From Phaeosaccion multiseriatum (Eukaryota > Protista > Ochrophyta, other classes), in assembly GCA_965112735.1 (NCBI GenBank), contig OZ218957.1, positions 1,550,001-1,614,000 of the forward strand: a DNA stretch of 64,000 nt, given 5' to 3'. Position 1 is the stretch's first letter. Each line of letters opens with the position of its first letter. The notes beneath the pieces are model-generated. The model saw only the letters and a list, made by a program, of their open reading frames with translations, did no database searches and was not told the DNA's origin. A program made the translations under genes and the position numbers. Shown piece by piece: positions 32,833 through 46,000 of this stretch.

Positions 32833-35800
32833 TGTATATTAGAGCTTATGGGCTCAGTATTGGAGCGCTCGAGGTAAGTTGTAACCATGTGTAGATGCGT
32901 GTATGTGTGGTATTGATGGAGCGTGATGTGGAGGGGAAGAGGATGGTAAGGGTGGTAGAGTAGAGGATAATGGGGAATGGGAAGGGAGTGAGGGGGGGAG
33001 GAGGAGATGAAGGGGGGTGGGAAGGAGTGAGGTGGTGGAGGTGATATGTGAACTATCCTACTGGGGGTGGTGCGGGTGACAAGGCGTGACTAACTGTGGT
33101 TGCTATGCTGTGTGCTGATGGTCTCGCTGTCTGCTGGCTGGTGTACTCCTGCTCCTCAGGCGGCCGCTCCGTCGATGGCTCCCATGAGCCCCCAGTCGAG
33201 GGTTTCTGCTGCTTCGTGCTGCGTCATCGTGGCTCGAAGGAGGGTGCCATACCTGATCTCCCGCTGTGAGAGGGCGCGTTGAAGGGCGAGGGACAGTTGT
33301 TGGCGCAGGAGGCCCTTGATGGGGCCCGTGGCTGCCGCCGCTGCGGGGCCGAGCCCTCTTGATGCCTTGTGGATGGCCATCGCCTCGATGAGCTCGTCCG
33401 TTTGGTGGCCCAGTCTGCCGTACGTCTCGATTGCAATGCACTTCAGGGTTGAAGTCCCGGGCAGAAAACTGCCCAGGTAGTGAATGCGCTTGCGCTCTTC
33501 GGCGGCGGCTGCTGCGTGGCCTGGCGTGGTGGAGGCCCGTCCCACGTGGGTGGGGGCGGTGGGGTTGGTGACGGTGATGTCGCAGAGGAGGTTTCTCCGC
33601 AGGGGTGCGTCCGCTCCCGGGAAGCTACCTGCGGGATAGGTCAGATCCATGCGTAGGTCTCGGCCTGCTCGGGTGCCCGTGGGGCCGTCGAAGCAGGTCT
33701 GGTCCTCTACACGTGCTCCTCCAATGCCCACGCTGTGCATCATCCTCCCGAAGGCCTTGACGAGGAGGTGGTGTGTGTGGTTGTGGAGGCCGGTGCGGGG
33801 GCAGATGGTGGCGTGGGTGGTGCTTGCCGTGCGGGCGCAGCCTGTGCCGAGGCAGGGTGGGGGCGGGTCCGCGTATGGCGTGTTGACACCGAGGTTGCGA
33901 CGAAGGGCCATGGTCCATTCTGCGGGGGCCATGGTGTTGTGGCCGTGGGGGAGCGCTCCGAGGAAGGCCATGGCGCCCCTTCCTCGCTGTGAGTGGAGTC
34001 GGGCTGTTGCCATTTCCTGTGTCTCCTCTCCCCTCTGTGCCTCTGCCGGTGTGACGTCGATGGTGGCGATGCTCTGCGTCAGCTCCTCATGGCGGCGTTT
34101 GTGGATGAAGGTGGTGAGGGCCTTCTGGACGCCGTGGGTCGGTTGACGGCCTGCCTGATGGCTCCTGCGCACGTTGCGTCGCGCTGTGTCTTGGGCTTGG
34201 TGGTCAGGCGGCTCGAGTACGCGTGAGCGGGCCTCGTCGAACTGTGCCTGACCCACTGCTTGGATGAGGGGGGCCTCAGGGACCCCCTCCTCGTGCAGGA
34301 GGTTGACGCTGTCGGCGACGCTCTTGAGGGCTCCGTTGGTGAACAGCTGGTCCGGTAGGGCGCTCTCTTGGGAGCCTTCCCGGCGTGCGGTGCGGCTGAG
34401 CAGGGGGAGGGTGAGCATCTTGTTGCCAAGGTATGCTGCTGGGGCGATGTCGTGGAGGCTGGTGAGGCCGAGGCCGCCGAAGCGCCGTGCCGTATGCATT
34501 TGTAGGCGCTGTGTCTCCGTCCATGGCTCCTCTTGTGCATCTGCGGCCTGCTCCAGAGGGGGGGCATCGGGGAGTCGCATGATGTGGGCCAGTGTCGCCC
34601 TGTTGGTGCGGTCTGCCCTGCTGCCGAGGGCGCGTCGGAAGATGGAGGGGTCAATGGCTCTCGCCAGGTGTGTGAGCCTGGCTGGGAGGCATTGGAGGAG
34701 GACGAGGGTGGCCGCCTGGGTGTTGTCCCACTCGCTGCAGTGTTTGGCGAGTTGGAGGTAGCCCCTGGGGTCTTCTTGGCCGAGGATGTTGCGGAGGTAC
34801 TCTTCGATGTACTCCTCTGTGCCGACGGGGATGCCGGCTACCACGGTACCCTCGGTGGCAAGTGTGGCGCCCTGCCGTTGGGCGTGGTCCCTGTCAGCCT
34901 GTGTTGGCTGCTTGCCTTTGCCCATGAGGTAAACCGTTTTCCTCTCGTTGAACTCGAGGCCCAAGCCTCGGAATTGGGCTTGGAGATGGGCATGGCGTGG
35001 GGCGTAGGTCTCTAGGGGTGCGTCGGGTTCCAGCTGGTCCATGAGGTCGTCTGCGTAGGCGGAGATGGTGGGGCGGTTCGCTGCGGTGTCGGCTGTGTTC
35101 TGAACTTTCAGCACTGGGTGGATGGCGGCTGCGAACATGAGAGGCCCTTCTGGTGCTCCTTGGTTGACTCCGGAGCTCTGGTGGATGGTCTGGGTGCCGT
35201 CTGGTGTGAGGGCGTTGTGGGCGGAGGCGTGGGAGAGGCTGGCGATGGCGTAGTTGATGCCTGCTGGGTCGATGGTAGGGAGTGCGCCTGAGGCTAGGAC
35301 GCCTCTGGCACGCGACACGCGGGTGTAGGCCTTGGTGATGTCATGCAGCACGACGGTTTTGCCGGCATCGTGCGCTAGCTGGGCTGCTGCGGCGTGTGTT
35401 TCCCCTCCGCCTCTGACCGCTACCGCTAGCTGTCCTGCGCTTCTGAGCTCTGGGCCCACCCTGTCCGCGATGAGCTTCATGTGACAGCTCTCCACGAGGC
35501 TGCGGTAGAGGTTGGGGGATGTCACAGGACGCGCTTTCTCGCCGAGGGCTGCGGCGCTGGTGCTGAACCACCGTTTGGCGAGCTGTGGAGGCAGTGGAGT
35601 GTCCCCCGTTCGGAGCAGCTCGTAGGTGTCAGTCAGAGCCTCCACGATTGCGTACTCCTGGGGGCTGTCCGGGGGGTACTTGACGTGGCTCGCCCTGCGC
35701 CCGTCTGCTCCTTGGCCCTTCCAGTAGTTGACCCTCCGGTAGGTCAGCAGCATGGCTGTGCTGATCTCCTCTCTGGTGACGTCGTTGCCATTCTCGGGGT

Positions 35801-37852
35801 GCTCCTGCACCTGGGTTCTGGCGTACTCCCTGGCTGCTGTTGCTGCTGTGTTGATCTCTTCGAGGCTCTCGTCGACGTGCGCTTGCTGGAGGCGTCGAAA
35901 GGTCTCGTGTGTGGGAGGGAGGTGGCCGTCTCTGCTCTTTGTGCTGAGCCTCGCCGCGGCCTTGTGCAGGCCTCCGGGTTTGGTGAGCAGGTGGGCGCAG
36001 GTTTCTCTCCGTCGCTCCTCTGTCTGTGCCTGTGCTGGGGGTGGTGGGCGGCGTGCGTGTGCTGTGGCTATCGCTGCTTGTGCGAGTGGGGCGATGTCGA
36101 GGTCGAGGACCATCTGTATCCGCTGCTGGCGGCTGTAGGCTCCGTCTTTAGAGAAGAGCATGGCAGGGAGGAGGTGGTGGAAGACATCCCATGCCAGAAG
36201 GGTGTGGAGGGTGGCGTCGGTGGGTCCGTTCTTGTGGGCCCTCAGCGCCCTGTTCCAGTTGTTGAGCGCTCTTTGCTGTAAGCTGATAATCAAGCTTACG
36301 TGGCGGGGGTTGCACTGCGCTACTGTCTCAAACACGAGTGTTGAGAGGATGGTACCCTGCGGGTCCAGGGCCCCTAGGCGGAGGACGTTTGGGTGCTGCA
36401 TGGGCCATCCTTCCTCGGGTGTATCGTCGTTGGCTGGCCCTTCTCCGTCCCCTCCGTCCCCGCCGCTACCTCCTTGGCCTCTGCTCCGTCCTCCTCCCCC
36501 TCGTCTCGCTGCTGCTGCTGTGGTTCCTTGCGTGCGTGTGCTATCTCCCCCTGCCCTTTCTCTCTGAGGTCCCCTCTCTGCTGCTGCTCCTTGTCCGTTT
36601 CCTTCCCCCCTCCCTCGTCCTCCTCTTCCTCCTTCTACTCCACTTGGCGCTGCTGCGATTGCGCCTCCTCCTCCTCCTCCTCCTTCTTCCGCGTGCCCTC
36701 GCCCTCCTCCTCTGCCCGTGGGGGTGGTGGGTTGGTACGGGTTGAGCCTGGCCGTTGCTGTCGTGTGCTGGGGCGTTGCCGTACGCGACGGGTCCTCGTT
36801 TGGGTCTGGGCCTAGATAGGCGTTCTCGAGGTCGTTGAGGGGGCCTTGGTAGGCCGATGCTGCGTTGCCTTGGGTGAGGATGGTCCTGAGGGCGGGGATG
36901 GCTCGTTGAGCTTGGTAGCCAGCCATGCAGCCTTGCGCGGGGCAGGGGAGGTTGCCTGGTGGTATGACGGGCTGCTGGTTGGCTCTCCTCAGTGTGGCTT
37001 GGTCGTTCAGGTGGTGAAGGAGGCACGCGGGGTGAACGGTGTGTTGGCAGCGTCGGGTGCGTACTGGCCACTCCGTGGTTGGTGCGATGAAAGGGGGTCC
37101 GCGTCAGACATGCATATGCAGCATATCGGGGCTGGGGGGGCGGTAGGTTGGGGTGGGGGTGTGTGTCGGGTGGTGGGGGGTGGCTGGGACTGGCGGCGCC
37201 GTCCTTGGCTGGCCTGCGCGTGCTGCTGATGCGACTCTCTGCGCTCCCTCGCTAGGCGATCCCTTGCGCGGCCCATAGCTCTCCCTCCTTGTGCTGTGAT
37301 GGCCTGCTCGATCGTGTGCCGGTAGCAGGGGTTGCGGCAGTAGGGGCAGAGGTGGTCGTTGCGGTTGGGGTACGTGCTCATGACTCCCAATGCGCAGTGG
37401 TTGTGCACGTGATGTTCGTCTTCGTGCATGGCGACTTGTGCTTGGCCAGTGAGCGGTTCCATACACACCGGGCAGTTGGGTAGCTCCTCGTTGTTGGTGG
37501 GGTCGCCTCCTCCTTCTGCTTCGTCACCTCCTCCCTCTGCTTGCCCTTCCCCTCCTTCTGCCGCTGCTTCCCGTGCCAGTGCTGGGCGCTCTCCTCCGCC
37601 TCTGCTGTTTTCGCCCTCTCCCCCCCCTGCTACTACTCTTCCGTCGCGGTCTCCTCGTCCCCCTCCCCTGTGTCCCGCTCGCTCTCCTCTCCCTTCTCCC
37701 TCCGGGTCGTGCTCCCGTGTAGTGTCTGTCCCACCTGCTCTTGTCGGTGGGGGCATGCTGCGAGCTCGTGGTGGGATGGTTGACGATGCCGGGAGGTGTG
37801 CTGCTTCGTATGCTCGTATGCATGTGTGGCATATGGGCTGCCGTAGGCCTGC
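32833..37852 (-). mobile_element. Copy 6, 5'-truncated (~5.0 kb; type B 5' region)
   Basis: ORFs 33156-36926 and 37007-37915; only TGTGAGA separates it from copy 7. Confidence 0.95.
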
Positions 37853-37859
37853 TGTGAGA

Positions 37860-38338
37860 TGTATATTAGAGCTTATGGGCTCAGTATTGGAGCGCTCGAG
37901 GTAAGTTGTAACCATGTGTAGATGCGTGTATGTGTGGTATTGATGGAGCGTGATGTGGAGGGGAAGAGGATGGTAAGGGTGGTAGAGTAGAGGATAATGG
38001 GGAATGGGAAGGGAGTGAGGGGGGAGGAGGAGATGAAGGGGGTGGGAAGGAGTGAGGTGGTGGAGGTGATATGTGAACTATCCTACTGGGGGTGGTGCGG
38101 GTGACAAGGCGTGACTAACTGTGGTTGCTATGCTGTGTGCTGATGGTCTCGCTGTCTGCTGGCTGGTGTACTCCTGCTCCTCAGGCGGCCGCTCCGTCGA
38201 TGGCTCCCATGAGCCCCCAGTCGAGGGTTTCTGCTGCTTCGTGCTGCGTCATCGTGGCTCGAAGGAGGGTGCCATACCTGATCTCCCGCTGTGAGAGGGC
38301 GCGTTGAAGGGCGAGGGACAGTTGTTGGCGCAGGAGGC
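37860..38338 (-). mobile_element. Copy 7, 5'-truncated (~480 bp)
   Basis: 3' UTR plus the last ~50 codons; followed by target unit 38339-38420. Confidence 0.92.
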
Positions 38339-38420
38339 TGTGAGATGTATCGGGTCCAAGGAGGGTTGTGCACTAGGCATGGAGCTGTGGTCAAGACTTG
38401 TACTGTGGAGGGGTGTGAGA

Positions 38421-41400
38421 TGTATATTAGAGCTTATGGGCTCAGTATTGGAGCGCTCGAGGTAAGTTGTAACCATGTGTAGATGCGTGTATGTGTGGTA
38501 TTGATGGAGCGTGATGTGGAGGGGAAGAGGATGGTAAGGGTGGTAGAGTAGAGGATAATGGGGAATGGGAAGGGAGTGAGGGGGGGAGGAGGAGATGAAG
38601 GGGTGTGGGAAGGAGTGAGGTGGTGGAGGTGATATGTGAACTATCCTACTGTGGGTGGTGCGGGTGACAAGGCGTGACTAACTGTGGTTGCTATGCTGTG
38701 TGCTGATGGTCTCGCTGTCTGCTGGCTGGTGTACTCCTGCTCCTCAGGCGGCCGCTCCGTCGATGGCTCCCATGAGCCCCCAGTCGAGGGTTTCTGCTGC
38801 TTCGTGCTGCGTCATCGTGGCTCGAAGGAGGGTGCCATACCTGATCTCCCGCTGTGAGAGGGCGCGTTGAAGGGCGAGGGACAGTTGTTGGCGCAGGAGG
38901 CCCTTGATGGGGCCCGTGGCTGCCGCCGCTGCGGGGCCGAGCCCTCTTGATGCCTTGTGGATGGCCATCGCCTCGATGAGCTCGTCCGTTTGGTGGCCCA
39001 GTCTGCCGTACGTCTCGATTGCAATGCACTTCAGGGTTGAAGTCCCGGGCAGAAAACTGCCCAGGTAGTGAATGCGCTTGCGCTCTTCGGCGGCGGCTGC
39101 TGCGTGGCCTGGCGTGGTGGAGGCCCGTCCCACGTGGGTGGGGGCGGTGGGGTTGGTGACGGTGATGTCGCAGAGGAGGTTTCTCCGCAGGGGTGCGTCC
39201 GCTCCCGGGAAGCTACCTGCGGGATAGGTCAGATCCATGCGTAGGTCTCGGCCTGCTCGGGTGCCCGTGGGGCCGTCGAAGCAGGTCTGGTCCTCTACAC
39301 GTGCTCCTCCAATGCCCACGCTGTGCATCATCCTCCCGAAGGCCTTGACGAGGAGGTGGTGTGTGTGGTTGTGGAGGCCGGTGCGGGGGCAGATGGTGGC
39401 GTGGGTGGTGCTTGCCGTGCGGGCGCAGCCTGTGCCGAGGCTGGGTGGGGGCGGGTCCGCGTATGGCGTGTTGACACCGAGGTTGCGACGAAGGGCCATG
39501 GTCCATTCTGCGGGGGCCATGGTGTTGTGGCCGTGGGGGAGCGCTCCGAGGAAGGCCATGGCGCCCCTTCCTCGCTGTGAGTGGAGTCGGGCTGTTGCCA
39601 TTTCCTGTGTCTCCTCTCCCCTCTGTGCCTCTGCCGGTGTGACGTCGATGGTGGCGATGCTCTGCGTCAGCTCCTCATGGCGGCGTTTGTGGATGAAGGT
39701 GGTGAGGGCCTTCTGGACGCCGTGGGTCGGTTGACGGCCTGCCTGATGGCTCCTGCGCACGTTGCGTCGCGCTGTGTCTTGGGCTTGGTGGTCAGGCGGC
39801 TCGAGTACGCGTGAGCGGGCCTCGTTGAACTGTGCCTGACCCACTGCTTGGATGAGGGGGGCCTCAGGGACCCCCTCCTCGTGCAGGAGGTTGACGCTGT
39901 CGGCGACGCTCTTGAGGGCTCCGTTGGTGAACAGCTGGTCCGGTAGGGCGCTCTCTTGGGAGCCGTCCCGGCGTGCGGTGCGGCTGAGCAGGGGGGAGGG
40001 TGAGCATCTTGTTGCCAAGGTATGCTGCTGGGGCGATGTCGTGGAGGCTGGTGAGGCCGAGGCCGCCGAAGCGCCGTGCCGTATGCATTTGTAGGCGCTG
40101 TGTCTCCGTCCATGGCTCCTCTTGTGCATCTGCGGCCTGCTCCAGAGGGGGGCATCGGGGAGGCGCATGATGTGGGCCAGTGTCGCCCTGTTGGTGCGGT
40201 CTGCCCTGCTGCCGAGGGCGCGTCGGAAGATGGAGGGGTCAATGGCTCTCGCCAGGTGTGTGAGCCTGGCTGGGAGGCATTGGAGGAGGACGAGGGTGGC
40301 CGCCTGGGTGTTGTCCCACTCGCTGCAGTGTTTGGCGAGTTGGAGGTAGCCCCTGGGGTCTTCTTGGCCGAGGATGTTGCGGAGGTACTCTTCGATGTAC
40401 TCCTCCGTGCCGACGGGGATGCCGGCTACCACGGTACCCTCGGTGGCAAGTGTGGCGCCCTGCCGTTGGGCGTGGTCCCTGTCAGCCTGTGTTGGCTGCT
40501 TGCCTTTGCCCATGAGGTAAACCGTTTTCCTCTCGTTGAACTCGAGGCCCAAGCCTCGGAATTGGGCTTGGAGATGGGCATGGCGTGGGGCGTAGGTCTG
40601 TAGGGGTGCGTCGGGTTCCAGCTGGTCCATGAGGTCGTCTGCGTAGGCGGAGATGGTGGGGCGGTTCGCTGCGGTGTCGGCTGTGTTCTGAACTTTCAGC
40701 ACTGGGTGGATGGCGGCTGCGAACATGAGAGGCCCTTCTGGTGCTCCTTGGTTGACTCCGGAGCTCTGGTGGATGGTCTGGGTGCCGTCTGGTGTGAGGG
40801 CGTTGTGGGCGGAGGCGTGGGAGAGGCTGGCGATGGCGTAGTTGATGCCTGCTGGGTCGATGGTAGGGAGTGCGCCTGAGGCAAGGACGCCTCTGGCACG
40901 CGACACGCGGGTGTAGGCCTTGGTGATGTCATGCAGCACGACGGTTTTGCCGGCATCGTGCGCTAGCTGGGCTGCTGCGGCGTGTGTTTCCCCTCCGCCT
41001 CTGACCGCTACCGCTAGCTGTCCTGCGCTTCTGAGCTCTAGGCCCACCCTGTCCGCGATGAGCTTCATGTGACAGCTCTCCACGAGGCTGCGGTAGAGGT
41101 TGGGGGATGTCACAGGACGCGCTTTCTCGCCGAGGGCTGCGGCGCTGGTGCTGAACCACCGTTTGGCGAGCTGTGGAGGCAGTGGAGTGTCCCCCGTTCG
41201 GAGCAGCTCGTAGGTGTCAGTCAGAGCCTCCACGATTGCGTACTCCTGGGGGCTGTCCGGGGGTACTTGACGTGGCTCGCCCTGCGCCCGTCTGCTCCTT
41301 GGCCCTTCCAGTAGTTGACCCTCCGGTAGGTCAGCAGCATGGCTGTGCTGATCTCCTCTCTGGTGACGTCGTTGCCATTCTCGGGGTGCTCCTGCACCTG

Positions 41401-43041
41401 GGTTCTGGCGTACTCCCTGGCTGCTGTTGCTGCTGTGTTGATCTCTTCGAGGCTCTCGTCGACGTGCGCTTGCTGGAGGCGTCGAAAGGTCTCGTGTGTT
41501 GGAGGGAGGTGGCCGTCTCTGCTCTTTGTGCTGAGCCTCGCCGCGGCCTTGTGCAGGCCTCCGGGTTTGGTGAGCAGGTGGGCGCAGGTTTCTCTCCGTC
41601 GCTCCTCTGTCTGTGCCTGTGCTGGGGGTGGTGGGCGGCGTGCGTGTGCTGTGGCTATCGCTGCTTGTGCGAGTGGGGCGATGTCGAGGTCGAGGACCAT
41701 CTGTATCCGCTGCTGGCGGCTGTAGGCTCCGTCTTTAGAGAAGAGCATGGCAGGGAGGAGGTGGTGGAAGACATCCCATGCCAGAAGGGTGTGGAGGGTG
41801 GCGTCGGTGGGTCCGTTCTTGTGGGCCCTCAGCGCCCTGTTCCAGTTGTTGAGCGCTCTTTGCTGTAAGCTGATAATCAAGCTTACGTGGCGGGGGTTGC
41901 ACTGCGCTACTGTCTCAAACACGAGTGTTGAGAGGATGGTACCCTGCGGGTCCAGGGCCCCTAGGCGGAGGACGTTTGGGTGCTGCATGGGCCATCCTTC
42001 CTCGGGTGTATCGTCGTTGGCTGGCCCTTCTCCGTCCCCTCCGTCCCCGCCGCTACCTCCTTGGCCTCTGCTCCGTCCTCCTCCCCCTCGTCTCGCTGCT
42101 GCTGCTGTGGTTCCTTGCGTGCGTGTGCTATCTCCCCCTGCCCTTTCTCTCTGAGGTCCCCTCTCTGCTGCTGCTCCTTGTCCGTTTCCTTCCCCCTCCC
42201 TCGTCCTCCTCTTCGTCCTTCTACTCCACTTGGCGCTGCTGCGATTGCTCCTCCTCCTCCTCCTCCTCCTTCCGCGTGCCCTCGCCCTCCTCCTCTGCCC
42301 GTGGGGGTGGTGGGTTGGTACGGGTTGAGCCTGGCCGTTGCTGTCGTGTGCTGGGGCGTTGCCGTACGCGACGGGTCCTCGTTTGGGTCTGGGCCTAGAT
42401 AGGCGTTCTCGAGGTCGTTGAGGGGGCCTTGGTAGGCCGATGCTGCGTTGCCTTGGGTGAGGATGGTCCTGAGGGCGGGGATGGCTCGTTGAGCTTGGTA
42501 GCCAGCCATGCAGCCTTGCGCGGGGCAGGGGAGGTTGCCTGGTGGTATGACGGGCTGCTGGTTGGCTCTCCTCAGTGTGGCTTGGTCGTTCAGGTGGTGA
42601 AGGAGGCACGCGGGGTGAACGGTGTGTTGGCAGCGTCGGGTGCGTACTGGCCACTCCGTGGTTGGTGCGATGAAAGGGGGGTCCGCGTCAGACATGCATA
42701 TGCAGCATATCGGGGCTGGGGGGGCGGTAGGTTGGGGTGGGGGTGTGTGTCGGGTGGTGGGGGGTGGCTGGGACTGGCGGCGCCGTCCTTGGCTGGCCTG
42801 CGCGTGCTGCTGATGCGACTCTCTGCGCTCCCTCGCTAGGCGATCCCTTGCGCGGCCCATAGCTCTCCCTCCTTGTGCTGTGATGGCCTGCTCGATCGTG
42901 TGCCGGTAGCAGGGGTTGCGGCAGTAGGGGCAGAGGTGGTCGTTGCGGTTGGGGTACGTGCTCATGACTCCCAATGCGCAGTGGTTGTGCACGTGATGTT
43001 CGTCTTCGTGCATGGCGACTTGTGCTTGGCCAGTGAGCGGT
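38421..43041 (-). mobile_element. Copy 8, 5'-truncated (~4.6 kb)
   Basis: ORFs 38744-41233, 41221-42654 and 41961-43184. The 5' junction is followed by a 12-bp duplication AGGGGTGTGAGA and one target unit (43042-43128). Confidence 0.95.
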
Positions 43042-46000
43042 AGGGGTGTGAGAAGAAGCGGGTCCAAGGCGGATTGTGCACTAGGCATGGAGCTGTGGTC
43101 AAGACTTGTACTGTGGAGGGGTGTGAGATGTATATTAGAGCTTATGGGCTCAGTATTGGAGCGCTCGAGGTAAGTTGTAACCATGTGTAGATGCGTGTAT
43201 GTGTGGTATTGATGGAGCGTGATGTGGAGGGGAAGAGGATGGTAAGGGTGGTAGAGTAGAGGATAATGGGGAATGGGAAGGGAGTGAGGGGGGGAGGAGG
43301 AGATGAAGGGGTGTGGGAAGGAGTGAGGTGGTGGAGGTGATATGTGAACTATCCTACTGGGGGTGGTGCGGGTGACAAGGCGTGACTAACTGTGGTTGCT
43401 ATGCTGTGTGCTGATGGTCTCGCTGTCTGCTGGCTGGTGTACTCCTGCTCCTCAGGCGGCCGCTCCGTCGATGGCTCCCATGAGCCCCCAGTCGAGGGTT
43501 TCTGCTGCTTCGTGCTGCGTCATCGTGGCTCGAAGGAGGGTGCCATACCTGATCTCCCGCTGTGAGAGGGCGCGTTGAAGGGCGAGGGACAGTTGTTGGC
43601 GCAGGAGGCCCTTGATGGGGCCCGTGGCTGCCGCCGCTGCGGGGCCGAGCCCTCTTGATGCCTTGTGGATGGCCATCGCCTCGATGAGCTCGTCCGTTTG
43701 GTGGCCCAGTCTGCCGTACGTCTCGATTGCAATGCACTTCAGGGTTGAAGTCCCGGGCAGAAAACTGCCCAGGTAGTGAATGCGCTTGCGCTCTTCGGCG
43801 GCGGCTGCTGCGTGGCCTGGCGTGGTGGAGGCCCGTCCCACGTGGGTGGGGGCGGTGGGGTTGGTGACGGTGATGTCGCAGAGGAGGTTTCTCCGCAGGG
43901 GTGCGTCCGCTCCCGGGAAGCTACCTGCGGGATAGGTCAGATCCATGCGTAGGTCTCGGCCTGCTCGGGTGCCCGTGGGGCCGTCGAAGCAGGTCTGGTC
44001 CTCTACACGTGCTCCTCCAATGCCCACGCTGTGCATCATCCTCCCGAAGGCCTTGACGAGGAGGTGGTGTGTGTGGTTGTGGAGGCCGGTGCGGGGGCAG
44101 ATGGTGGCGTGGGTGGTGCTTGCCGTGCGGGCGCAGCCTGTGCCGAGGCAGGGTGGGGGCGGGTCCGCGTATGGCGTGTTGACACCGAGGTTGCGACGAA
44201 GGGCCATGGTCCATTCTGCGGGGGCCATGGTGTTGTGGCCGTGGGGGAGCGCTCCGAGGAAGGCCATGGCGCCCCTTCCTCGCTGTGAGTGGAGTCGGGC
44301 TGTTGCCATTTCCTGTGTCTCCTCTCCCCTCTGTGCCTCTGCCGGTGTGACGTCGATGGTGGCGATGCTCTGCGTCAGCTCCTCATGGCGGCGTTTGTGG
44401 ATGAAGGTGGTGAGGGCCTTCTGGACGCCGTGGGTCGGTTGACGGCCTGCCTGATGGCTCCTGCGCACGTTGCGTCGCGCTGTGTCTTGGGCTTGGTGGT
44501 CAGGCGGCTCGAGTACGCGTGAGCGGGCCTCGTTGAACTGTGCCTGACCCACTGCTTGGATGAGGGGGGCCTCAGGGACCCCCTCCTCGTGCAGGAGGTT
44601 GACGCTGTCGGCGACGCTCTTGAGGGCTCCGTTGGTGAACAGCTGGTCCGGTAGGGCGCTCTCTTGGGAGCCGTCCCGGCGTGCGGTGCGGCTGAGCAGG
44701 GGGGAGGGTGAGCATCTTGTTGCCAAGGTATGCTGCTGGGGCGATGTCGTGGAGGCTGGTGAGGCCGAGGCCGCCGAAGCGCCGTGCCGTATGCATTTGT
44801 AGGCGCTGTGTCTCCGTCCATGGCTCCTCTTGTGCATCTGCGGCCTGCTCCAGAGGGGGGCATCGGGGAGGCGCATGATGTGGGCCAGTGTCGCCCTGTT
44901 GGTGCGGTCTGCCCTGCTGCCGAGGGCGCGTCGGAAGATGGAGGGGTCAATGGCTCTCGCCAGGTGTGTGAGCCTGGCTGGGAGGCATTGGAGGAGGACG
45001 AGGGTGGCCGCCTGGGTGTTGTCCCACTCGCTGCAGTGTTTGGCGAGTTGGAGGTAGCCCCTGGGGTCTTCTTGGCCGAGGATGTTGCGGAGGTACTCTT
45101 CGATGTACTCCTCCGTGCCGACGGGGATGCCGGCTACCACGGTACCCTCGGTGGCAAGTGTGGCGCCCTGCCGTTGGGCGTGGTCCCTGTCAGCCTGTGT
45201 TGGCTGCTTGCCTTTGCCCATGAGGTAAACCGTTTTCCTCTCGTTGAACTCGAGGCCCAAGCCTCGGAATTGGGCTTGGAGATGGGCATGGCGTGGGGCG
45301 TAGGTCTGTAGGGGTGCGTCGGGTTCCAGCTGGTCCATGAGGTCGTCTGCGTAGGCGGAGATGGTGGGGCGGTTCGCTGCGGTGTCGGCTGTGTTCTGAA
45401 CTTTCAGCACTGGGTGGATGGCGGCTGCGAACATGAGAGGCCCTTCTGGTGCTCCTTGGTTGACTCCGGAGCTCTGGTGGATGGTCTGGGTGCCGTCTGG
45501 TGTGAGGGCGTTGTGGGCGGAGGCGTGGGAGAGGCTGGCGATGGCGTAGTTGATGCCTGCTGGGTCGATGGTAGGGAGTGCGCCTGAGGCAAGGACGCCT
45601 CTGGCACGCGACACGCGGGTGTAGGCCTTGGTGATGTCATGCAGCACGACGGTTTTGCCGGCATCGTGCGCTAGCTGGGCTGCTGCGGCGTGTGTTTCCC
45701 CTCCGCCTCTGACCGCTACCGCTAGCTGTCCTGCGCTTCTGAGCTCTAGGCCCACCCTGTCCGCGATGAGCTTCATGTGACAGCTCTCCACGAGGCTGCG
45801 GTAGAGGTTGGGGGATGTCACAGGACGCGCTTTCTCGCCGAGGGCTGCGGCGCTGGTGCTGAACCACCGTTTGGCGAGCTGTGGAGGCAGTGGAGTGTCC
45901 CCCGTTCGGAGCAGCTCGTAGGTGTCAGTCAGAGCCTCCACGATTGCGTACTCCTGGGGGCTGTCCGGGGGGTACTTGACGTGGCTCGCCCTGCGCCCGT

